DNA of 29,145 nucleotides from a virus. Taxonomy: Duplodnaviria; Caudoviricetes. A program made the translations under genes and the position numbers. The notes under the pieces were generated by a model. The model did no database searches, was not told where the DNA came from, and was given only the letters and a program-made list of their open reading frames with translations. The stretch is taken from positions 1 to 29,145 of IMG/VR virus record IMGVR_UViG_3300020045_004058. One strand, 5' to 3'. Shown one piece after another: positions 1 to 8,437 of the stretch. How positions within the stretch are numbered: position 1 is the first letter of the stretch; each line of letters opens with the position of its first letter.

Positions 1-77
1 ACGCCTGTTCTTGGTGGAATAATATCATCATCATCTTCCTGTGGTGGATCGTCATACAATACAAATAACTTTTTCAT
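1..77 (-). CDS. Small acidic/Pro-rich peptide, runs off the window (MKKLFVLYDDPPQEDDDDIIPPRTG...)
   Basis: ATG at 77 just downstream of a promoter; its natural-looking end (DDDDIIPPRTGGGTHP*) lies on the + strand at 877-927. Confidence 0.55.
   Translation of the reverse strand, partial: MKKLFVLYDDPPQEDDDDIIPPRTG
2..36. repeat. Left copy of perfect 35-bp inverted repeat
   Basis: CGCCTGTTCTTGGTGGAATAATATCATCATCATCT is the exact reverse complement of 876-910. Confidence 0.97.
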
Positions 78-100
78 AATCGTAAATTTTAAAGTTGCTA

Positions 101-131
101 CTAAATTAGATAAAATATATTAATGAACAAA
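101..131 (-). promoter_or_regulatory. Bacteroidota-type promoter (TTTG-N19-TAATTTAG)
   Basis: -33 TTTG at 131-128, -7 variant at 108-101 with one mismatch to TAnnTTTG. Confidence 0.55.
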
Positions 132-136
132 ATAAA

Positions 137-640
137 TTATTTTAAACGAACCCATGATTTAGTAATCTTATTTAAATCGTTCTTTCTGTTCTGTAATTGG
201 TTAATTTGTGGCTGAATGTAGTTTGAATCTTCGCCTAAAGTTATTTCATTCTTTAATCGAAGTATTTCGCTTGTTAGATGTTCTTTTTCTTTAATAGTCT
301 GCAAACTATCACCTACCCATTTATATTCTTTAAAATCCATGAATTTAGGTCTGTTTAGCTTCATTACTGCTTGCAAGTCGTATAGCAGTTGGTTTATCTC
401 AGCTTTGAGCTTTATATTGTTCTGAACTGCTTCCTGAGCATTAATACGCTTAACTTGTATCTTTGCTTCGTTAAGGCATCGTTGTACTTCTTCAAACCTT
501 CGATCTATTGACGTTGTGGTTTGAGTTGCGGTCATTTGGATTGATTGCGCATCTGTGATATATGGCAGCGTCATACCGATTGGCTGTCCAAATGAACTAA
601 TTGAAAAAAGAAGTGCTAAAATTAAAAGTAAGTTTTTCAT
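137..640 (-). CDS. Hypothetical protein with signal peptide and coiled-coil
   Basis: Likely start MKNLLLILALLFSISSFGQ at 640 (Sec signal-like); the 748 start overlaps the upstream ORF. Confidence 0.75.
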   Translation of the reverse strand: MKNLLLILALLFSISSFGQPIGMTLPYITDAQSIQMTATQTTTSIDRRFEEVQRCLNEAKIQVKRINAQEAVQNNIKLKAEINQLLYDLQAVMKLNRPKFMDFKEYKWVGDSLQTIKEKEHLTSEILRLKNEITLGEDSNYIQPQINQLQNRKNDLNKITKSWVRLK

Positions 641-650
641 ATTGTTTGTT

Positions 651-917
651 TTATCTGTTATTTGGATCATCGTTATATATACACATTGCTTCTGTTGTTT
701 TTGCTGCCCAGGCTGCATTTGAGATAGGCGTATAAACACCACCATCAAATCCTGTTATCCAATCTCCGTTTTGGTATTTGGTTTCGGCTAAATTGTCAGC
801 CATCCAAACCTGAGTGCCTATCTTGACGGTTCGATATATCTTGCCGTCATTTCCGGTATAACTTAAAGGATCAGTAGATGATGATGATATTATTCCACCA
901 AGAACAGGCGGAGGCAC
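651..917 (-). CDS. FISUMP (Fib_succ_major)-like domain, N-terminal half only; true start uncertain
   Basis: GNDGKIYRTVKIGTQVWMADNL matches the DGxxYxTVxIGxQxWMAxNL signature; ends at CIYNDDPNNR*; the 5' end crosses the inverted repeat. Confidence 0.7.
   Translation of the reverse strand: MPPPVLGGIISSSSTDPLSYTGNDGKIYRTVKIGTQVWMADNLAETKYQNGDWITGFDGGVYTPISNAAWAAKTTEAMCIYNDDPNNR
876..910. repeat. Right copy of perfect 35-bp inverted repeat
   Basis: Exact reverse complement of 2-36. Confidence 0.97.
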
Positions 918-926
918 TCATCCATA

Positions 927-1286
927 ATGAAACAATTAATATCAATATTGAAGATTAGTCCAATAATTATAACCTTAAATATAGTTATTGGACTTTTATG
1001 CTCATTACTTAGGATTAATGTTTCTGATTATACATATCCAATATTCGGTCATTCTTTATATTTTGATCTGGTATTATTGTATTTTTCGTTTAAACTAAGT
1101 CTTTGTTCGTGGCATAGAGTATTAATTTACAATTTGATATTGATTATTTTATTAGAATGGGTTAATGTAAATGTATTAAATATAGGTGCTTTGATATATG
1201 TTAGATCGTTGCTGTTGGTTACTTGCATTTCTATTTTAATATCGGCATATTTGTTTATTAATAAGTTATCGCTTAGATTTTTTTAA
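927..1286 (+). CDS. Integral membrane protein (about 4 TM)
   Basis: 119 aa, four hydrophobic stretches; ATG overlaps an upstream TAA (TAATG). Confidence 0.75.
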   Translation: MKQLISILKISPIIITLNIVIGLLCSLLRINVSDYTYPIFGHSLYFDLVLLYFSFKLSLCSWHRVLIYNLILIILLEWVNVNVLNIGALIYVRSLLLVTCISILISAYLFINKLSLRFF

Positions 1287-1287
1287 T

Positions 1288-1779
1288 ATGAATAAGGAAA
1301 TAAAAGATGAGTGCAAAACTTGCATGGATGATATTAAAGAAAGTACTGAAAAAATACTTGCAGAAATAACACACAATTTTAAAGTTCAAAGCGCAAAAAT
1401 GCAAGATGATTGGACTATATTTATGTTGGATGCAAATAATCAATTAAAGCTAAATATTGAAACGTCAACCCAAAAGATAGATAAAGAATCAAGCGAACGA
1501 AACTCTAATTCAAGATGGGTTTTGGGTATTGTTTTAGGAGTTACTTTTTCGCTTGGTGCAGTTGTAGGATTTACGTGGAATGAAGTATCAAGTAAGGCTA
1601 ACCGTGATGAGGTTTTTACAATGAATGAAATTAAAATGCTTCGTGAATTAGGAGACCAATACAATAAGGCAGTATTTGTGATGAAAGACACAATTAAAAA
1701 CGATACTACGGCATATTGGTATGCTCGAAAAAATATATATGGAAATGAATTGAGAAGTGCAAATAAAATAAATCAATGA
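1288..1779 (+). CDS. Single-pass membrane protein, lysis-region hypothetical
   Basis: Coiled N-terminus, TM WVLGIVLGVTFSLGAVVGFTW. Confidence 0.75.
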   Translation: MNKEIKDECKTCMDDIKESTEKILAEITHNFKVQSAKMQDDWTIFMLDANNQLKLNIETSTQKIDKESSERNSNSRWVLGIVLGVTFSLGAVVGFTWNEVSSKANRDEVFTMNEIKMLRELGDQYNKAVFVMKDTIKNDTTAYWYARKNIYGNELRSANKINQ

Positions 1780-1889
1780 AGCTACAAATTATTAAGATTA
1801 ACTTTACTCCATTATTAAAGCTATTTCAGGCTAAAAACAGATACAAATTATTTCAATTATACTATTCACTAAAATCAAAACTAAAATGA
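1776..1889 (+). CDS. Small basic protein (37 aa)
   Basis: MKLQIIKINF...KSKLK*; ATGA overlaps at both ends, fills the gap exactly. Confidence 0.55.
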   Translation: MKLQIIKINFTPLLKLFQAKNRYKLFQLYYSLKSKLK

Positions 1890-2320
1890 GCGATAAAGGA
1901 TATTTAAGCAACAGACTTGAAAATGCAATTGCAAAACTGTTAGACGATAAAATTGACTTCGATAAAATATTTAAAGGCAAAAAAGTACTAGGCATTATCA
2001 CAATTGGTTCATTGCTCGAAAAAAGGGATAGAAAGCTGTTTAAATCAATGATTTCTTTTATAGATGATAATTGCATAGGTAAAAATCCAAACATTGAAAT
2101 AAAGGCTGAAATTGATCTAATTGTAAGTTATATTGAAACTTCAAACGTTCAGGCATTTTCAGATCATGTCGCTGATATTTTAGATAAAAAGATTAATCTG
2201 AATTTAGGTAGCTACGAACGTCAAATCTATTTAGGCTTTTTAATGCTGTTTAATGGCTTTATAGGCAAGTTATTTACAAAGATTGAAACATTAATAGCTG
2301 AGGCTAACACCGAGGCATAA
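1886..2320 (+). CDS. Hypothetical protein
   Basis: 144-aa ORF in operon context. Confidence 0.75.
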   Translation: MSDKGYLSNRLENAIAKLLDDKIDFDKIFKGKKVLGIITIGSLLEKRDRKLFKSMISFIDDNCIGKNPNIEIKAEIDLIVSYIETSNVQAFSDHVADILDKKINLNLGSYERQIYLGFLMLFNGFIGKLFTKIETLIAEANTEA

Positions 2321-2331
2321 AATCAAATAAA

Positions 2332-2502
2332 ATGAATAATAAAAAAGATTTAATTACAAACATTGTAGCCGTTGCATCTGTTGCAATTGGTGCAGTACAA
2401 GGTTATCTACAATCATCTACCGGAGAGTTTAAATGGGGGGAATTAGGAACTTATTGCCTGATCGCTGTTGTAGCATGGTTTACAGGTAAGAAACAAAATT
2501 AA
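2332..2502 (+). CDS. Putative holin (56 aa, two TM)
   Basis: MNNKKDLITNIVAVASVAIGAVQGYLQSSTGEFKWGELGTYCLIAVVAWFTGKKQN: two hydrophobic helices, basic C-terminus; not in the ORF track. Confidence 0.65.
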   Translation: MNNKKDLITNIVAVASVAIGAVQGYLQSSTGEFKWGELGTYCLIAVVAWFTGKKQN

Positions 2503-2514
2503 ACATCATTTATT

Positions 2515-2550
2515 AAAAAATTAAAGGGAAGTTATTAGCTTCCCTTTTTT
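2515..2550. terminator. Bidirectional intrinsic terminator
   Basis: AAAGGGAAGT-TATTA-GCTTCCCTTT stem with a T-run on the right and an A-run on the left, between convergent genes. Confidence 0.85.
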
Positions 2551-2574
2551 AGTTTAAATATTCCTCTAGTTGAA

Positions 2575-2985
2575 CTAAAGACCTCCTACTAATTCAATCC
2601 CTGTTAAGCAGAAAAAGTAGTTTTGTAATTCGTGTAAATATATAAACCACGTTCTGGATTGCAGATCGAGAAAACCAGCTTTGCCTTCAAAAGAAGCTAA
2701 GCATATAAATCCTTGACCTCTATTTCTACCGTTGGCTGTTAGTTCTTTATAGTTTTCTAAATCATAAAGATTACAGCTATCCTCGTTAAACCTTTTGGTA
2801 ATTCCATGTTTAGAAAGAATATCAACGGTCAATGGAACTCCTTCTAATAATTCATATCTAGCATGAATGAAATTTCCCTGTTTGGTCTTTAAGGTACAAA
2901 CACCATCGGAAAGTAAATTTTCAATTGTGTTCAGGCATCTGTCATTAAAGACTAAATTTCCAATTCTAAATTCTGTTGGTTTCAT
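2575..2985 (-). CDS. Phage hypothetical protein (ELRIGN-type), paralog of 19706-20098
   Basis: EFRIGNLV ... HELQNYFFCLTGIEL. Confidence 0.8.
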   Translation of the reverse strand: MKPTEFRIGNLVFNDRCLNTIENLLSDGVCTLKTKQGNFIHARYELLEGVPLTVDILSKHGITKRFNEDSCNLYDLENYKELTANGRNRGQGFICLASFEGKAGFLDLQSRTWFIYLHELQNYFFCLTGIELVGGL

Positions 2986-2987
2986 AT

Positions 2988-3299
2988 TTATTGCTTCTTT
3001 TTAGGTAGTAAATAGGGTTTTCCCCTCCAATTTGGTACATTATACACCCCTGTTATTTTTGATATATCGCTCACATGGCCAGTTGTTTGTGGAATAATTG
3101 GCAACTTAAAATCAACAGTTGTAGAACTGCGCCCCATTACATGACCATAACAAGACCCATCCTCACGAACTACAATTCTAAACTCAGGAAGTCCTAATTC
3201 CTTAGGGTTTGCATGATTTATTCTTGATTCCTTTACCAAAAAGTCAACGAGTTTCTTTATCTCTTTTGACTGAATTACTTTTTCGTCTAATAAGCTCAT
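2988..3299 (-). CDS. Hypothetical protein
   Basis: 103-aa ORF downstream of the -7 box at 3352-3359. Confidence 0.7.
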   Translation of the reverse strand: MSLLDEKVIQSKEIKKLVDFLVKESRINHANPKELGLPEFRIVVREDGSCYGHVMGRSSTTVDFKLPIIPQTTGHVSDISKITGVYNVPNWRGKPYLLPKKKQ

Positions 3300-3351
3300 A
3301 ATAATTATATATTAGGGTTCAAATTGGTTCAAAGTATAAATTCTATAAACT

Positions 3352-3405
3352 CAAAAATAATGCTTAATTTTGACAATAGAAATAATTAACTAATGTTATA
3401 TAGCA
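3352..3405 (-). promoter_or_regulatory. Leftward promoter (-7 TATTTTTG at 3359-3352) with upstream palindrome at 3394-3405
   Basis: TGTTATATAGCA 34 nt from the -7 box; an overlapping rightward -7 TAATTTTG at 3365-3372 faces the endolysin. Confidence 0.6.
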
Positions 3406-3926
3406 TGATAACCGATAAAATATTAAAACAAATCTATCCTTATTCAACGTTATCAAATAGGCTGAAATATTTGCCTTATTTCAATAAATATTTGAATCAA
3501 TACGAAATAACCACACCAATACGTTTATGGTCTTATTTTGCTCAAATAGGGCATGAAAGCGGACAATTAAACTATTCAGAAGAACTTGCAAGCGGTCAGG
3601 CTTATGAAGGACGTAAAGACTTAGGAAATATTGAACAAGGAGACGGTATCAGATTTAAAGGTCGTGGACTCATTCAAATTACCGGAAGATCAAATTACGA
3701 TAAACTTTCAAACGCTTTCGGAATTGATTTTATTCAAGAACCTGAATTATTAGAAAGTCCTGAATATGCCGTGTTGTCTTCATTATGGTTTTGGAAATCA
3801 AAGAACTTAAATCAAATTGCTGATTCTGGTAATTTTGAATTGTTGACTAAACGTATTAATGGAGGACTGACAAATCTAAAAGATCGTTTAGAAATATTTG
3901 AACGGTGCAAAAAGTTTATCGTTTAG
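3405..3926 (+). CDS. Endolysin, glycoside hydrolase family 19
   Basis: FAQIGHESG, YSEE, RFKGRGLIQITGRSNY, TKRINGG motifs; alternative start at 3393. Confidence 0.93.
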   Translation: MITDKILKQIYPYSTLSNRLKYLPYFNKYLNQYEITTPIRLWSYFAQIGHESGQLNYSEELASGQAYEGRKDLGNIEQGDGIRFKGRGLIQITGRSNYDKLSNAFGIDFIQEPELLESPEYAVLSSLWFWKSKNLNQIADSGNFELLTKRINGGLTNLKDRLEIFERCKKFIV

Positions 3927-4278
3927 CCTTTCTTAATTCTTTTATAATATTTTCTAAACTGTCAATTTTAAAAGCATAAACACTTTTACAATAATCCATA
4001 AATTTTTTAGCTGCTTCATCCATTTCCATATCTCCGGTAACTACTAATTTACCGCTTTTAAAATCTAGATTTAATTGCTTATTATCTCCTTTTATTATAA
4101 TTGAATGATTTGGTCTAATTGAAGCTATAAGCAATGGATTAGTTTTGTTAATGGTGAATGTGGCAGTTTTTACACTATCAACTTTCGATTGATTTCTTAT
4201 ATAATTATCTATATCTGATTTGTTTTGACTCCATGCCATAAAAGGAAATAACATGATAATTAAAAGTAATTTTTTCAT
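3916..4278 (-). CDS. Hypothetical exported protein
   Basis: Signal peptide MKKLLLIIMLFPFMAWSQ. Confidence 0.75.
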   Translation of the reverse strand: MKKLLLIIMLFPFMAWSQNKSDIDNYIRNQSKVDSVKTATFTINKTNPLLIASIRPNHSIIIKGDNKQLNLDFKSGKLVVTGDMEMDEAAKKFMDYCKSVYAFKIDSLENIIKELRKAKR

Positions 4279-4289
4279 GATTGTTATAA

Positions 4290-4673
4290 TTAGTTGTTTA
4301 AAAATTCCTGATATAATTCTCTAAATTGCTTGTCCGTTTCCAATTGATTTTTAATGTTCTTTATGCTGTAAAGTACAGTCGAATGATCTACACCTCCGAA
4401 ATAAAAACCTATCTCTGATAGTGTATTTTTAGTTTTTTTACTTGCAATATAATGAGCCATTTGTCTAGGTAAAACTATTGTCTTTTCCCTTGACTTCATA
4501 TTTAAATAATCAGAATGTATTTTCATTTTACTGCATACAATCTGCATGACTTGTTGTAAAGACAAATACTTTTTAGGCTCTTTTTTAATTACCTGAATAA
4601 TTATTTCAAATTGATATTCCTGTTTATTAAATGAATCAACAAGCGATGTAATTTTATTTAGTTCTATATTCAT
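4290..4673 (-). CDS. DnaA C-terminal (domain IV)-like HTH protein
   Basis: SRxxxIVLPRQMAHY...TLSEIGFYFGGVDHSTVLYS signature without an AAA+ domain. Confidence 0.88.
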   Translation of the reverse strand: MNIELNKITSLVDSFNKQEYQFEIIIQVIKKEPKKYLSLQQVMQIVCSKMKIHSDYLNMKSREKTIVLPRQMAHYIASKKTKNTLSEIGFYFGGVDHSTVLYSIKNIKNQLETDKQFRELYQEFLNN

Positions 4674-4912
4674 TTCTTTAAGTTTTTAAGTATTGATTCA
4701 CTATTTACTTTTGCTACTTTACCTCCGTTAACTGATTCCTGAGTGATATAAGCCGTTGCAGATTCAGAACAGTCTATTACTGCCTGATTTGATTGTTGTT
4801 TTGCGTATTCTTTCATGGATTTAATTAAATTAAATGCTGAATATTCATTATCCAATTTAAATAAATTGAAATCAAATACATTATCTTCTAATATTTCTTC
4901 CGGTGTTCTCAT
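4670..4912 (-). CDS. Hypothetical protein
   Basis: 80 aa, ATGA-coupled. Confidence 0.7.
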   Translation of the reverse strand: MRTPEEILEDNVFDFNLFKLDNEYSAFNLIKSMKEYAKQQSNQAVIDCSESATAYITQESVNGGKVAKVNSESILKNLKK

Positions 4913-5118
4913 ATTTTAAGTTTTATTTGTTGTGTGTCGATAATATTGATTTTAGACCGTTTTAAACCTTGTAAATTTGCAAACAATACTTTCGTTCGCC
5001 AAGCGTAAAAAAGTATGCCTACGTGACTAGAATTATAGCGTATGCCTTTCTTATCCCATCGCTTTTTAATTCGATTAGTAAAACGTTGATAAGAATCGTA
5101 GTAAATTTGGTGTTTCAT
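4909..5118 (-). CDS. Hypothetical basic protein
   Basis: 69 aa, ATGA-coupled. Confidence 0.65.
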   Translation of the reverse strand: MKHQIYYDSYQRFTNRIKKRWDKKGIRYNSSHVGILFYAWRTKVLFANLQGLKRSKINIIDTQQIKLKI

Positions 5119-5309
5119 AGTAAAATTAATCTAGCTAACTTTTTAGCATCTTCGATTGATATTTCAGATTCGCAAATCAAGTTTTTATTTTCATCACAAA
5201 CTTCAATAGTCATTGAATAATCATGAATCTTAAAAATAGTAAACATTGCATCTTCTGCTGGTATGCAGTTAAATTCTGTTACTTCGGCTTCAAAAATTGT
5301 TGTACTCAT
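5115..5309 (-). CDS. Hypothetical acidic protein
   Basis: 64 aa, ATGA-coupled. Confidence 0.65.
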   Translation of the reverse strand: MSTTIFEAEVTEFNCIPAEDAMFTIFKIHDYSMTIEVCDENKNLICESEISIEDAKKLARLILL

Positions 5310-5319
5310 AATTTTATTT

Positions 5320-5490
5320 TTAAGTTAAAAGTTTATCGCTAAATATGTACTTCAATGGTATCTCTGGAATTATGCTTTTAATCTCATATTTATAACCATT
5401 CTCAAAAGGAAAATACGATCCTTGCAATTCAACTTCATAGTCTGATTTTTCATCAGTAATTTGTCCGAATTTATTAATATATACTTTCAT
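5320..5490 (-). CDS. Hypothetical protein (56 aa)
   Basis: MKVYINKFGQITDEKSDY...; fills the gap, not in the ORF track. Confidence 0.6.
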   Translation of the reverse strand: MKVYINKFGQITDEKSDYEVELQGSYFPFENGYKYEIKSIIPEIPLKYIFSDKLLT

Positions 5491-5513
5491 AAGTTAAAAT
5501 CTATCTACTTGTT

Positions 5514-7286
5514 TTAAAATGGTATATGCTCTGATTTATCTTGTTCGTAAAATGATTCATTCGGGTTAAATTGTCCTGACGGCTTTACATTATCCCAAAA
5601 ATCTACTTCAATAGGTTTAGTACATAACCAATCCGTATTATCAAAATTACCATCAGGATCAAACCTTCCATTATTGAAGTTATATTCTAATTCAGATACT
5701 CCCTGCGTGCCTAAATGTTTAAACTTTATTTTCTGCCAATGTACCTGAACAGAATTAACCATTGACCCGCCATTATCTCTTAACCGATGAACTGTAAATC
5801 CATAATCAGTCTTATTATAGAAATTTGCGGATCCTGAAATATCGTACATTGTTGGTATTTTATCAGCTTCAACTTTTCTAGGATGAGCAATCAAAAACAC
5901 AAGTACGTTATTAAATCTGGCAAAGTTTACCAATACATCTAAAAATCTGCTAATGTACTGAGTTTCATTTTCGCCTTTTTTAAGTTGGTGGTCAAGTTTA
6001 TTATAAGGATCAATGACCAATATTTTAATTCCTTTTTGCTTTACGAATGATTTTGCAGACTTCATAATTGATTCAATAGTCAAATCTTTTTCATTCATAA
6101 TATAGAAAAAATTGTCTTTTAAATGCTCATAAATACTTTGAAAGTCTGTTTTATCAGTTTCCTTTCTAAACTTATACCCTGAGAACTTTTCATGTATTTT
6201 GGCATAATGGTATTTTAAAGGGTAATTTTCCGGTGTAAAGTATGCAGCTTTCCAACCATATTTTAAATTTAACCTAGCAATTAAATAATCCACAAATTCA
6301 GATTTTCCGCTCGAAGGTATTCCGGTAACAGTACAAAGTCTGCCTAATTCCCAAGTGCAAAACTTGTCTATTTCTTCAATTCCGACTTCATTACCTTTTT
6401 GTAATCCGTTTTCATACAGATCAATAATTTCATTGTATAAACTTGATATTTCAATATTCCCATCAATAGGAATAGGTTTTGATGTTCTAAGCACTTCTTT
6501 GAAGTCAAAACCTCCATACTTAGCAAAGTATTCATTTGCATCCTTACAGTCCTTAAAATTGACCGAATAACACCTTTCTGCGCCTAATCTTCTTATTAGT
6601 TCGTCTTTCAATTCTATTCCTACTGAATCAACGTCAGTAGCTAGATAAACTTTTTCGATATGATCTAAAAACTGAATTGAATTATCCAAGTATTCAGACT
6701 TGCTTTTTGCTCCGTTCGGAACTGAAATAACATTTTTAAATCCATTTTCAACAAAAGTCAAAGCGTCAATTTCACCCTCACAAATGATAATTTCTTTTGA
6801 TTCTGAAATGCAGTCAAAATTATACCAAATCAATTCAGCTCCTGAAACTAACTTGAATGATTTTTTTGCACCTCTGTATTTAATGTTTACTAGCTTCTGA
6901 TTTCTGAAAAACGGAAAACAAATCACTTCCATTTCTTTTTGAAATTGCGGCATCCATTCCGTATCAGAATAAACTTTCATTTCAATCAATGTATTTTGAC
7001 TGATCATACGACTTTCAAAATATTTAACCGACTTGTCCGAAAGTTCAGTTTTGTTTTTCCATTCAGGTACGGTATAAACCTGAACAGATTCAAACGGTTT
7101 ATATTCGTAAAGTGTAGTTGAACAATGAAAACAATAGGCTCTTTGTGTATCTGGATAGTATTCCAAATCTTTAGCTTTGCTATTTTTACGACCATCAGCA
7201 CATTCAGGGCATTTATATCTTGCTTTTTTTGACTGATCAAAGTCAATGTCGTAAATTCGTTTAGATTGTGAAGATTGGTATTTCAT
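5514..7286 (-). CDS. Bifunctional DNA primase-helicase (T7 gp4/Twinkle type)
   Basis: Zn ribbon CPEC..CFHC; TOPRIM ICEGEIDALT, ATDVD, KDANE; Walker A GIPSSGKS; Walker B LVIDPY; AHPRK. Confidence 0.93.
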   Translation of the reverse strand: MKYQSSQSKRIYDIDFDQSKKARYKCPECADGRKNSKAKDLEYYPDTQRAYCFHCSTTLYEYKPFESVQVYTVPEWKNKTELSDKSVKYFESRMISQNTLIEMKVYSDTEWMPQFQKEMEVICFPFFRNQKLVNIKYRGAKKSFKLVSGAELIWYNFDCISESKEIIICEGEIDALTFVENGFKNVISVPNGAKSKSEYLDNSIQFLDHIEKVYLATDVDSVGIELKDELIRRLGAERCYSVNFKDCKDANEYFAKYGGFDFKEVLRTSKPIPIDGNIEISSLYNEIIDLYENGLQKGNEVGIEEIDKFCTWELGRLCTVTGIPSSGKSEFVDYLIARLNLKYGWKAAYFTPENYPLKYHYAKIHEKFSGYKFRKETDKTDFQSIYEHLKDNFFYIMNEKDLTIESIMKSAKSFVKQKGIKILVIDPYNKLDHQLKKGENETQYISRFLDVLVNFARFNNVLVFLIAHPRKVEADKIPTMYDISGSANFYNKTDYGFTVHRLRDNGGSMVNSVQVHWQKIKFKHLGTQGVSELEYNFNNGRFDPDGNFDNTDWLCTKPIEVDFWDNVKPSGQFNPNESFYEQDKSEHIPF

Positions 7287-8029
7287 GATCCTGCTAGTTT
7301 TGGTTTTTGTTTAGGCTCTTTCAAAATAGTGAACGTTTCTTCCCAACACCTTTGGTTAATCCATGTTTGAAGCATTTTCCATTCAGGAACAAACTTATTG
7401 CTTTCTTTTAGTTTTTTACGTTGTTCGATCTGTGTTATTAAACAGTTTTTTAATTCTGAAAGTTGAATCCTCCAATCTTTGTGTTTGATGAAGTTTCTAA
7501 ACTCTGTTTCATTTCCTCTTTTTGATCCTTGATATAAAATTCTAAATTCATCAAATTGGCTTAATTCGCTTGAAAATTTGATATTAAAATTATCAAGTGT
7601 ATTTTCTTTATTTTCTTCTTTATTTATATTTACTTTACTTTCATTTACTTTAGGAGTGTTACTAACACTTTCGTAACACGTTACATTTTCTTTAATCTCT
7701 TGATTTTTACGCCATTCTGAAATTCTTTTTGTGTTTTTTTCTTTTTTAATGTTATACTTTTCACTAAAGTTTAGCAATTGTTTGTTAAAAGTATCTCCAT
7801 TGTTTGATGAAATAAGTTCTATTTGTTCCATAAACAACCAGCATCTTTCTAACTTTTTACCGACTTTTAATTGAGCCTTTAGTACTATTGTTTTCATAGG
7901 TTTTTCCTGAGATGCAAGTTTTTCAAGTATAGTATAAAACAAGCCTAAACCCTCATAACCAAAATTTAAAAAAAGTTCGGTTATCTTTTCATCATTGAAA
8001 GCATTTGAATCGTGCAAAAAGTATTTCAT
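7283..8029 (-). CDS. Replication initiator/replisome organizer (DUF4373-like N-terminus)
   Basis: YFLHDSNAFNDEKI...GYEGLGLFYTILE; low-complexity KVNESKVN linker; TWINQRCWEE C-terminal motif; adjacent to the helicase. Confidence 0.8.
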   Translation of the reverse strand: MKYFLHDSNAFNDEKITELFLNFGYEGLGLFYTILEKLASQEKPMKTIVLKAQLKVGKKLERCWLFMEQIELISSNNGDTFNKQLLNFSEKYNIKKEKNTKRISEWRKNQEIKENVTCYESVSNTPKVNESKVNINKEENKENTLDNFNIKFSSELSQFDEFRILYQGSKRGNETEFRNFIKHKDWRIQLSELKNCLITQIEQRKKLKESNKFVPEWKMLQTWINQRCWEETFTILKEPKQKPKLAGS

Positions 8030-8406
8030 AATTTACATTTTTCAAAGTAAAACAATATAGGATTGTTAGTTTCAATGATACATACGTATCTTAAAAGTAT
8101 ATTATAAGTTGATGAATCTCTTTTAATTCTTTGCTTTTTTAATTCAAGTTCTATTCTCCATTTTTCAACTGTAAATGTAGATTTAGACGAATTACAAGAA
8201 GCGCATGAAGGAAATAGATTTTCAATTTTATCGCTTCCTTTTTTAACTTTCATGTTATATTTTATAAGTTGATCATTAGTATAACCTCTGTATTTTGGCT
8301 CTATATGATCTACATGAAATTTATCAAATTCAATCATACATCCGCAATAAGCACAACGACCATTGAATTTATTAAAAACTAAAATTCTTTTTTCTTTATC
8401 GTTCAT
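8026..8406 (-). CDS. HNH endonuclease
   Basis: CAYCG, HVDH, ENLFPSCASCNSSK. Confidence 0.9.
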   Translation of the reverse strand: MNDKEKRILVFNKFNGRCAYCGCMIEFDKFHVDHIEPKYRGYTNDQLIKYNMKVKKGSDKIENLFPSCASCNSSKSTFTVEKWRIELELKKQRIKRDSSTYNILLRYVCIIETNNPILFYFEKCKL

Positions 8407-8437
8407 CTTTACAATGTTATTGTTAATTGCCTAAAAA

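Noticed and set aside
641-748. 203-aa extended start of ORF 137..748
   Set aside because: Overlaps the FISUMP ORF; the signal peptide begins at ATG 640
651-917. Diversity-generating retroelement target (FISUMP domain)
   Set aside because: No reverse transcriptase and no adenine-mismatched template/variable repeat pair were found in the window; the domain's C-terminal half is absent
8026-8406. Intron-encoded homing endonuclease
   Set aside because: Free-standing ORF coupled to the initiator gene; flanking genes are uninterrupted
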